NCBI GenBank assembly: GCA_014323765.1
Contig: JACONM010000012.1
Location: 12,814-76,813 of the forward strand
From: Cellvibrionales bacterium
GTDB lineage: Bacteria; Pseudomonadota; Gammaproteobacteria; Pseudomonadales; GM7GCV1
Length of the DNA: 64,000 nucleotides
Direction: 5' to 3'
In this document: piece by piece, positions 38,055 through 45,275 of the stretch
Position numbering within the stretch: the stretch's first letter is position 1
Layout of the letters: each line of letters starts with the position of its first letter
Notes under the pieces: generated by a model
Database searches by the model: none
Seen by the model: the letters and a program-made list of their open reading frames with translations, nothing else
Told to the model about the DNA's origin: nothing
Translations under genes and position numbers: made by a program

Positions 38055-39050
38055 TCAGCGAAAGTCGTTCAGGCCAACAAAGGTGCCGGCATTTTGGTGG
38101 GCCAGCTCGCGCATCAGGGCGGCGAAACGCTCGCCGGAATGGTGCCCGGCGTTGTCCGCAAACAGCACCGGGAAGCCGATGGCGTGGATCCGCACTCGCG
38201 GTTCGCCCTGGCCACGCTCGCTGTTGAGGGCGCGGACGGTGTCCAGCACCGGGGCTAGGCTGTTGCCAGTGTAATCGTCGCCGAAAACATAGAGGCTGAT
38301 TTTATGCTCCGGCGAGTAAAAGTTGCGGATGGCGGCGGTGATGCCTTCCACCGGGCTGCTGTTGCTGAATGGGTTCCAGACGCGCAGCTGCTCGACCAAG
38401 ATCTGCCGACGGCCCGGGGTGTCGGGAATCCACTGGCCACGGTGGCTGCTGAACATGTACTGCCCCATGTCGTTCATTATCTGCATCCCCTTGAGGTTGG
38501 GGTAGATGTCGAGGATATTGACCACCTCTTCCATCACCCGATTCCACGCATAGTGATACATGGAACCGGAAGTGTCGATGATAAAGATGACGTATTCCGA
38601 GTCCACCGGAATGCCGCCGATGACATTGTTGCGGCGTTGGTAGGCGGCACCGAGCAGGCGGCGCATCTCGGCGGACAGGCTTTGCAGGGCCAGCTTTAAT
38701 TCCGCCTGCCGCTCGGTCTCGCTGATATTGGCATTTTGCAGGCGGGCTAGGCGGTTGCCGCTTTGCTCGAGCTCGCCGTGTAGGATGGCCACGCGCTCCT
38801 GCTGCACGTCCAGCTGCTCGCGCTTGCTGCGTAGCTCGCGTTCCAGATAATCGATCTCGCCGCGCAATTCAAACAACTGTCGCTGCAATGCCTTGATGCT
38901 GCCACCCTGATTGGTGGTGGAGGCTTCCAATGGCTCCTCCGCGCCGCTTTGCACGATCACCAGTAGCAGCACGATGGCCCCGAACCCGCAGCAAATGATA
39001 TCCAGAAAGGCGATGCTGGTGTCCTGTCCGCGCTCGCGTTTGCGCCTCAT
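38055..39050 (-). CDS. Single-pass (Asp-in-TM) coiled-coil vWA domain protein, paralogue 1
   Basis: MRRKRERGQDTSIAFLDIICCGFGAIVLLLVIV is a basic stretch plus a TM with Asp17. It is followed by a heptad-rich segment of about 110 aa and a vWA domain with the MIDAS motif VIFIIDTSGSM. Confidence 0.8.
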   Translation of the reverse strand: MRRKRERGQDTSIAFLDIICCGFGAIVLLLVIVQSGAEEPLEASTTNQGGSIKALQRQLFELRGEIDYLERELRSKREQLDVQQERVAILHGELEQSGNRLARLQNANISETERQAELKLALQSLSAEMRRLLGAAYQRRNNVIGGIPVDSEYVIFIIDTSGSMYHYAWNRVMEEVVNILDIYPNLKGMQIMNDMGQYMFSSHRGQWIPDTPGRRQILVEQLRVWNPFSNSSPVEGITAAIRNFYSPEHKISLYVFGDDYTGNSLAPVLDTVRALNSERGQGEPRVRIHAIGFPVLFADNAGHHSGERFAALMRELAHQNAGTFVGLNDFR

Positions 39051-40105
39051 GGCCAGTCCTCAGACGGGGCGATGAAGCTGCCGCGAGTTTCCAGCGCGAT
39101 GCGCCAAAAAGCCGCCGCCGCCAAGGGGTCGCCTTCCATCGGCAGCAGCAGGGTGTTGACCGGAATTTCCTTCGGCAGGGCCCGCATCGCCTCGTTGAAA
39201 AACCCAATGCGCTGGCGGCCGGATACCGTGTTGCCCTTCGGTTTTTTTTCACCCTGAGTCGGCAGGCCATCGGTGATCAAAAAGACATTGTCCGGCAGCG
39301 GGCGCAGTTCGCGGATGACCTGCACCGCCGCCAGCAGGTTAGTGCCCCCCGCCGGCACCCGCTGGCGCAGGGCTTGCAATGCCTGCTCCAGATCCTCGGG
39401 CGCACTGGCCGCCAGCCATTGACCGGCCTGCGAGTCCGCCGCCGCCTGGGCAGTCTCGGCGAAAGTGTAGATCTGAAACCGGCTATCGGGCGAGAGGTTG
39501 GCCGCCAGCCAATCGACCATGGCGAGGGCCTGCTGCCACTTGGGTGCCGCCTGCTTGACCGCGTCCGGGCGGTTGCGGCGGCGGATAATGTTGACGATGG
39601 TTTTATCCAGCATGCTCGCCGAGCTATCCAGCAAAATCAGGGCCCGCCGCCCGCCCATGTGCAGTCCGGTCAGATACTGGCGCTCACCCTGGCCCAAAGT
39701 GGCGCGCACCCGGTTGCCGCCTCCCCGTTTTTGCAGGGCTTGTTTTTGCTGCTCTAACTGGGCGATCTGCCGTTCAAGCTGTTCGATCTGCTCGTTTTTT
39801 TGCGGTCCCAACGCGGTGATCTGCCCGCGCAATGCGTCAATTTGTTCCTGAATCTGCCGCGCCAGCCCCTGCGCACGGGCCAGGGCCGCATCGGCCGCGG
39901 ACAGACTATTGCGAATGCGCGCCAAATTTTCTTGGCCGATGCGGATTTCCGTGGCCAGCAGGCGGGTCTCACTGCTCGCCGCGCTGCCGGTGTGTACCTC
40001 GCTGCTGTGCTTGATCAGCAAAAACAACAACACCGCCGCGCCCAAACCGCAGGACATGATGTCCAGGAAGGACAGGTTGAAGGTGGATGCCTGCCGCCGG
40101 CGCAT
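39047..40105 (-). CDS. Single-pass (Asp-in-TM) coiled-coil vWA domain protein, paralogue 2
   Basis: Track ORF trimmed to ATG 40105 (2 nt after the upstream stop). MRRRQASTFNLSFLDIMSCGLGAAVLLFLLI, a coiled coil (QIEQLERQIAQLEQQKQALQ), and a vWA domain with ALILLDSSASM and FLITDGLPTQG. Confidence 0.8.
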   Translation of the reverse strand: MRRRQASTFNLSFLDIMSCGLGAAVLLFLLIKHSSEVHTGSAASSETRLLATEIRIGQENLARIRNSLSAADAALARAQGLARQIQEQIDALRGQITALGPQKNEQIEQLERQIAQLEQQKQALQKRGGGNRVRATLGQGERQYLTGLHMGGRRALILLDSSASMLDKTIVNIIRRRNRPDAVKQAAPKWQQALAMVDWLAANLSPDSRFQIYTFAETAQAAADSQAGQWLAASAPEDLEQALQALRQRVPAGGTNLLAAVQVIRELRPLPDNVFLITDGLPTQGEKKPKGNTVSGRQRIGFFNEAMRALPKEIPVNTLLLPMEGDPLAAAAFWRIALETRGSFIAPSEDWP

Positions 40106-40107
40106 CG

Positions 40108-41382
40108 TTATTCCATCAGCCGCACGGCCAGCAGGGCGTGGCCGGCGACCTCCAGCCGGTCGCCCGCTACTAGCGGCTTGGCGCGATCCGCCGGCTGCCC
40201 ATTGACCCGAAAATCGGGGCCGGTCACACAAATGCCGTCCGCGGCGAATTGAATAGCGGCGAATTCGGCGGCTAGATCCTGCGCTTTGCTGAAATTTGCC
40301 GCGGCGTAGACTAGTCCCCGGTGAACCAGCGCATTGGCCAGCGGCGGGGACTCGGCGGCGGGTGCCGTGGGGGGCGGAGTGCTGTTTGCCGGCGGGCCGA
40401 GAGTCGTCTGGCTGATGTAGGCTGTGCCGGCACCGGGCTCCAGATCGGCGAGCAGGGCGGCAGCACCCGCCGCGGCGGCAGCACCATCGATAATTTGATA
40501 AGTGCTTGGCTGGGCTTTTTTTTGCACTCCGGGCAGTGGGGCGAAGGCGGGAGCCAGCACAGTGTAACGGGCGGAAACCTTGCCGAGCAGATCATTCACA
40601 AAGCCGTCCACCGTCGCCTCGATATCGGCCTGATTCATGTCGAGCGAATGGCTGGCCGCGCCGCTGTCCACCGTAAAAGCCGCCAGCGACTGCCCATCGA
40701 GCACCTTGCGCACCTGATCGAACAGCTGCTGCTCGGTGCCGCCGCTGTGCAGGGGGTCAAAGCGCGAGCTCTGAATAAACCGCTCGCTCAGCCCTTGCAA
40801 CAGGCGGTCGACTAGGCGCAAAAAGCCGTGACTTAGCAATACCTCATGCGACCGCAACGCAAGCTGCCCCTGCCCCTGTTCATGGGGGTCATGGGCGTAT
40901 TCATAGCGTGAAATAACCGTTTGATGTAGCTGCAGATCGACATGGCATAGCGATTCACCCGGCGGCTGCGCGGCCATCTGCGCTAGGCCCAGATTGAGGA
41001 TGGCTTGAACCTCGATATCGAGAGAGCGGCAGATACCGGCCAGCAGTTCCAGCTGTTCGTGGCTCAGATGGGAGGGCACACAAAAAACGAACGGTGCGCC
41101 GCCCGCCGCCGCCTTAATGTCTGCTAATTGGTGCCAGACCAGGTCCGCGCTGTGGCGCACTCCGGCCTTTTTTATGGGAATGGGGCGGGTGTCGAGTTCC
41201 TGCCAGAAGCGGCTGTGGACCCGCCCCGGCTGCTGGCGCAGGGCTTGCAGGGCTGCGCTACCGAGCACCGGCGGTTGGCCCGCCAGCAGCAGTGCCATAC
41301 CCGGCTCGGCGTAGACGGTCTCGCCGCCGCGGGTGGCGCGGATGCAGAGGTCGCAAAGCTCGACAAGGACGGCATCTGGCAT
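40108..41382 (-). CDS. Cytoplasmic protein: degenerate Hsp70/actin-like fold with FHA-like C-terminus
   Basis: 424 aa, no TM. Segment order resembles DnaK nucleotide-binding-domain landmarks (VELCDLCIRAT; FVFCVPSHLSHEQLELLAGICRSLDIEVQAILNLGLAQMAA; CHVDLQLHQTVIS), but the glycine-rich phosphate loops are lost. The tail ICVTGPDFRVNGQPADRAKPLVAGDRLEVAGHALLAV is FHA-like. Confidence 0.5.
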   Translation of the reverse strand: MPDAVLVELCDLCIRATRGGETVYAEPGMALLLAGQPPVLGSAALQALRQQPGRVHSRFWQELDTRPIPIKKAGVRHSADLVWHQLADIKAAAGGAPFVFCVPSHLSHEQLELLAGICRSLDIEVQAILNLGLAQMAAQPPGESLCHVDLQLHQTVISRYEYAHDPHEQGQGQLALRSHEVLLSHGFLRLVDRLLQGLSERFIQSSRFDPLHSGGTEQQLFDQVRKVLDGQSLAAFTVDSGAASHSLDMNQADIEATVDGFVNDLLGKVSARYTVLAPAFAPLPGVQKKAQPSTYQIIDGAAAAAGAAALLADLEPGAGTAYISQTTLGPPANSTPPPTAPAAESPPLANALVHRGLVYAAANFSKAQDLAAEFAAIQFAADGICVTGPDFRVNGQPADRAKPLVAGDRLEVAGHALLAVRLME

Positions 41383-41398
41383 GACGGGTGCCTAAAGC

Positions 41399-42193
41399 CT
41401 AGATTTGCACATGCCGCAGCAAATTGCGGTCGCAGTAGCGTTGCGCATCCAGCACCAAGCGTTCCTGATGCAGGGTCAGCTGGTGCGACAGAAACATGAC
41501 GATAATGCTAATCAGCAGCGCAATAAAAGTGGAATTGAACGCCACGCCCAAGCTGGCGGTCACCCCGGCGATGTTGCCGGCCACCGCCTCGTGCGCGTTG
41601 GCCAGGGCCGCGCCTATGCCGCGCACGGTGCCGATAAAACCGATCGATGGAATCGCCCAGGCGATGTAGCGAATCATGGAAAGCTCGGTGTCGAGCCGCT
41701 GCGATTCCGCCTCGCACAGGTCGCGCACGGCACTGGCAATATCCTGCACACTGCCGGCGGTGCCGAGGCGTTGCAGGGCGGCGGTGATAGCGCGGGGCAG
41801 CAAATAATCCTGCTGTTCGGCGGGCAGGCTTTCCAGATTGCGCCCCAGTGCCCGCGAGTCCTCCGGCAACACCCGCGAGCCGGCGGGCACTTCAATTAGC
41901 GGCAGGCGCAACAGCCGCTTTTCCGCACTGACTCGCACCGCCTTGTAGCCCATGATCGCCAGTGCCCAAAACGCCAGCACAAAGCAGGCTTGCTGCTCGT
42001 AATCTTTCAGTACCACCCAAAGCGAGCGTTCCGCCCCGGTGGCAGTGCCCGCCTGCTGCGCCAATTCCGCCGCCAACAATAGGGCCTCGGCATTAGGCCG
42101 CACTAGGCCGATGTAAAACAGATGCACCAGAATAAAGGCGGCGAGCAGGGCCCCTAGCTGGAAGAGGAATTCGTTGGAGAGGGATTTGGGCAT
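41399..42193 (-). CDS. MotA/TolQ/ExbB proton-channel family protein
   Basis: 264 aa, 4 predicted TM helices. IAWAIPSIGFIGTVRGIGAAL...GVAFNSTFIALLISIIVMFL matches the conserved TM3/TM4 core of ExbB/TolQ/MotA. Confidence 0.85.
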   Translation of the reverse strand: MPKSLSNEFLFQLGALLAAFILVHLFYIGLVRPNAEALLLAAELAQQAGTATGAERSLWVVLKDYEQQACFVLAFWALAIMGYKAVRVSAEKRLLRLPLIEVPAGSRVLPEDSRALGRNLESLPAEQQDYLLPRAITAALQRLGTAGSVQDIASAVRDLCEAESQRLDTELSMIRYIAWAIPSIGFIGTVRGIGAALANAHEAVAGNIAGVTASLGVAFNSTFIALLISIIVMFLSHQLTLHQERLVLDAQRYCDRNLLRHVQI

Positions 42194-42270
42194 GGGGCGG
42201 GCCTAGGTTTTTGGCGGCTGCGACGGTGAGGGGCAAGCGTCGGGGAAGAAAACTGGTGTAAGGAGTTAGT

Positions 42271-42798
42271 TTATGGAAACCACTTGAGGTCGCTTTTGGA
42301 GCAGCGGTAAAGCTCGCTTGGTTTTACTGCATCGCCCTCCTTGGACATCGAAAAATCGTAGTATGCCGCATCACCACTTGCATCTAACGTAAGGGAGTAT
42401 TTAAAACCGTCTTCACCTATCCCCCAATTCCAACGTTTCTTCAAGCCCTCCATAGCGACAAATGCCTCGAAGGTCTTATCAAAAACCTTGACATGCCCCA
42501 GATCAAGAAGCCCCGATTCACCCGGATCAAGAAGCCCCGATTCGCCGAGCCAGAGTATATTTTCGCCGTTATATGCAAAACGGTCTTTGCATGCCCAGAT
42601 CGATCCATAGGAGGCTTCTTCACCTGAGGAAGTATTAAGATCTTCGCCTACAGTAGCATCGGTTTCTTCGTTCGGAGCAGTGCTGTCTTCTTCTCCCAAA
42701 GCGACATCATTTTCTCCGCTTGAGCCAGTATAAGTCGCAAGCTCCGCACAGGATGACAGCGCAAGGGAAAGGATGGCGAGTAGGGCGATTTTTTGCAT
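42271..42798 (-). CDS. Lipoprotein, unknown function (lower GC than its neighbours)
   Basis: MQKIALLAILSLALSSC is a lipobox. Acidic/Ser-rich linker. Contains an 8-aa tandem duplication, GESGLLDP/GESGLLDL. Confidence 0.65.
   Translation of the reverse strand: MQKIALLAILSLALSSCAELATYTGSSGENDVALGEEDSTAPNEETDATVGEDLNTSSGEEASYGSIWACKDRFAYNGENILWLGESGLLDPGESGLLDLGHVKVFDKTFEAFVAMEGLKKRWNWGIGEDGFKYSLTLDASGDAAYYDFSMSKEGDAVKPSELYRCSKSDLKWFP
42501..42548. repeat. 24-nt perfect-frame tandem duplication inside the lipoprotein gene
   Basis: gatcaagaagccccgattcacccg / gatcaagaagccccgattcgccga: two adjacent copies with 2 mismatches. Confidence 0.85.
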
Positions 42799-42835
42799 GG
42801 TTTGGCTCCCGATTGGGCGGCTGGGATGGCAGGGA

Positions 42836-43138
42836 TTATATATCGGTGGGGAAGGGCACGGCTAAATCCTCGGCGAGTTCCTCCGAGGGGCGGAAGACCG
42901 AGAAATCGGGGTCGCTCGCTCGCTGGCGGGCAGGCGGTTTTTTATTGGCGGGGCGGTCGGCTGTCGGAGTGGCGGGGGCAGGTTGCGGGGCGGGTGGCGG
43001 GCTGTCAATTTGCGAATTTTCGCCGCCGGTTGCCGCATTTTCTTGCGTTGTCGAGTTTTCCGGTGTCACCGCGTCGTCGTTCGCCTGCGCCTGCACAGTG
43101 CAAGTAAAAAAAATAGCTAAAACAATAAAATACCGCAT
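42836..43138 (-). CDS. Small secreted Pro-rich protein (100 aa)
   Basis: Only the last 100 codons of track ORF 42836..43867 are credible. ATG 43138 gives MRYFIVLAIFFTCTVQAQA (signal peptide), then a Pro/Ala/Thr-rich region. The upstream part of that ORF overlaps the FGE-domain gene in another frame. Confidence 0.55.
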   Translation of the reverse strand: MRYFIVLAIFFTCTVQAQANDDAVTPENSTTQENAATGGENSQIDSPPPAPQPAPATPTADRPANKKPPARQRASDPDFSVFRPSEELAEDLAVPFPTDI

Positions 43139-43149
43139 TTTCCTAGAAA

Positions 43150-45240
43150 TCACTTTGCATAGCGGGCGACGCGGAAGCCGAGGTCCTGCCGCCCCTTGGA
43201 ATCGTAATCGCGATAGGCGAGGCGCAGCTGCGGCAGGTGGCCGCGGGCCCAGCTGGCCCCGCGGATGACGTGGAACTCGCCCTCGGCTGGGCCCAGCGGG
43301 TCCGCCACCGGATCCGCGCCGCTGTAGGGCACCGGCTGATACCAGTCGTGCATCCATTCCATCACATTGCCGCCCAAATCGTAGAGGCCGCGGGCGTTGG
43401 GCGCAAAGCTGGCTACGGCGGCGGCGGCGGGGTGGCCATCGTTGATATCGGCGACCACAAAGCGGATTTTGGCGGCGATGCTTTGGTCGGCGAAGTTGGC
43501 GACCGGGCCGGGCACGGCATCGGCATCGCCCCAGATGTAGCGTTGCTGCGGGCCGGCCGGTAGGGTGCTGGCGGCGAAAGTCCATTCCGCCTCGGTGGGC
43601 AGGCGGTAGCCGGTGGACTCGGGGTTGCTGCCGGACACCGCCCCTTTTTGCGTTTGATAGAAGGGCGGTAGGCCAGCTTGTTTGCTGAGCCAGTTGCAAA
43701 AGAGCGCGGCTTGTTGCCAGCTTAGGCGCACGGCAGGCTGGTCGGGGCCGTCTAGGCTGTGGGATTCGAAGTGCCCGGAGCTGTGCGTGGCGGCGAACTG
43801 GCGGTATTGGCGGTTGGTGGTCTCGGTTGCGCTCAGGTAAAAGGGGCGATTCAGCTGCGCCTGCCATTGTGCTTCGTTGGCGCGGCGGTTGGGTTCGCGG
43901 CGGCTGGAACCCATGGCGACCAGGCCGGCGGCGCGAAATAGCCGCATGGTTGCGCCGACCTTGTTTTGATAGCGGGCGGGGATGCGGGCCCAGGCGGCGG
44001 CTTCATCGGTCAGCAGGCGCACTTGCAGCAGTTGCGCCGAGCCGGTTAGCGGCAGAAAATCCAGCGTTTTGGCGGCATGCCCCGGCGCGGTGACGCGGAT
44101 CTGCTGGCGCACGGCGGGCAGTTGCAGCGATTTGACGGCAGTGCCCTGGTCCGCGCCATTGACGTAGAGTCGAGCGTTGGCCGGGTGGAGGCTGACCCGC
44201 ACATCGACTAGGTTCGGTTTTAGCGTATAGGCGAGCGGCTTGGCATTGCCATCGCCATCGCCGGCGGCGGGCGCGGTGATCCGGTGGCGTTGGCTTTGGT
44301 AGCCGGCTTTGTGGAGCTGCAATTCGTGTTCTTGGCCCGGGGTTAAGGGTAGCTGGAGGGGGGTTTGCCCCAGATAGTTGCCGTTTAGGGTAACCGCCAC
44401 GTCCGCCGGGCGGGTGCTGAGCGGGACCTGAATATCTTGCGGTTTTAGGCGGAGGGTGTCAGGCCATTCTAGGGTGGTGCCGGCACGGATTTCGATGGGT
44501 TGCTGCCATGATTTGTAACCGGGGGCGGTGATCTGCAGGCGGGGGGTGCCTTGCTCGATGCGATAGGTGCCGCGGGTTGGATCTTTGGTTAGGGGGTGAT
44601 CATCGGCGGTAAGCTGCGCCGTCGCTGGCTCGACTTCGATGGCCAGATAGCCCCAGTTGGGGGCCAGTTCGATGGGCAATTCTTCGGTGAGGCCGCGCCC
44701 GCGCACCTCGACTTCGAAAGTGGCGGGGCGGTAAAGCGGGGCATCGGCATGCAGGCGGTAGGAGCCGGCCGGCAGGTCGACGAAGGTGAATTGGTTTGCT
44801 GCCGCGCCCGGCTCGCTGCCCTCCAATGCCACCTGCCCCTCGATGCCGGCCGACGCAAAATAGGCGCGAATCTGGCCGGGGAGCGGCTCCAGTGCGATGT
44901 GCAAATTGGCTGGGCTATCGGCGGTTACTTCGATGCGCTGCTGTTGCGGGTGGTACCCCGCTGCGCTGATGTCCAGCCGATAACTGCCGCGCAATAATAG
45001 AAAGCGACCGCCGCCGATCGGCAGGGCCGCCCCCGACAGGCGCACTTGCGGGTCGCTGGCATTGCTGGCGACCACGATGGCGCGGGCGTTGAAAATAAAC
45101 AGCAGTGCGGCGGCGAGCACCAGCGCAGCCAATAGAGCCAAGCCGTGCAACGGGTGCCAGCGAAAGCGGGGCGATGCCGCGCCCCCCGCCGGTGCATTAA
45201 AGCGCGCGGGGACGATGCGGTCTGGCGGTGGTTGCGGCAT
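43150..45240 (-). CDS. Membrane-anchored protein with about 5 PEGA-like repeats and a C-terminal formylglycine-generating-enzyme (SUMF1/FGE-sulfatase) domain
   Basis: N-terminal TM (LHGLALLAALVLAAALLFIF). Five repeats of about 75 aa of the PEGA type (e.g. RPADVAVTLNGNYLGQTPLQLPLTPGQEHELQLHKAGY). C-terminal FGE-type motifs YRLPTEAEWTFAA, GGNVMEWMHDWY, VIRGASWA. Confidence 0.8.
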   Translation of the reverse strand: MPQPPPDRIVPARFNAPAGGAASPRFRWHPLHGLALLAALVLAAALLFIFNARAIVVASNASDPQVRLSGAALPIGGGRFLLLRGSYRLDISAAGYHPQQQRIEVTADSPANLHIALEPLPGQIRAYFASAGIEGQVALEGSEPGAAANQFTFVDLPAGSYRLHADAPLYRPATFEVEVRGRGLTEELPIELAPNWGYLAIEVEPATAQLTADDHPLTKDPTRGTYRIEQGTPRLQITAPGYKSWQQPIEIRAGTTLEWPDTLRLKPQDIQVPLSTRPADVAVTLNGNYLGQTPLQLPLTPGQEHELQLHKAGYQSQRHRITAPAAGDGDGNAKPLAYTLKPNLVDVRVSLHPANARLYVNGADQGTAVKSLQLPAVRQQIRVTAPGHAAKTLDFLPLTGSAQLLQVRLLTDEAAAWARIPARYQNKVGATMRLFRAAGLVAMGSSRREPNRRANEAQWQAQLNRPFYLSATETTNRQYRQFAATHSSGHFESHSLDGPDQPAVRLSWQQAALFCNWLSKQAGLPPFYQTQKGAVSGSNPESTGYRLPTEAEWTFAASTLPAGPQQRYIWGDADAVPGPVANFADQSIAAKIRFVVADINDGHPAAAAVASFAPNARGLYDLGGNVMEWMHDWYQPVPYSGADPVADPLGPAEGEFHVIRGASWARGHLPQLRLAYRDYDSKGRQDLGFRVARYAK

Positions 45241-45275
45241 TGGGCGGCGTTCTAGTGGCGGGCAGGGCAGGGCGG

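Noticed and set aside
43139-43867. N-terminal 243 codons of track ORF 42836..43867
   Set aside because: They lie inside the FGE-sulfatase-domain gene in another frame and translate to Arg/Pro-rich sequence. Only the last 100 codons (42836..43138), after that gene's stop, are credible.
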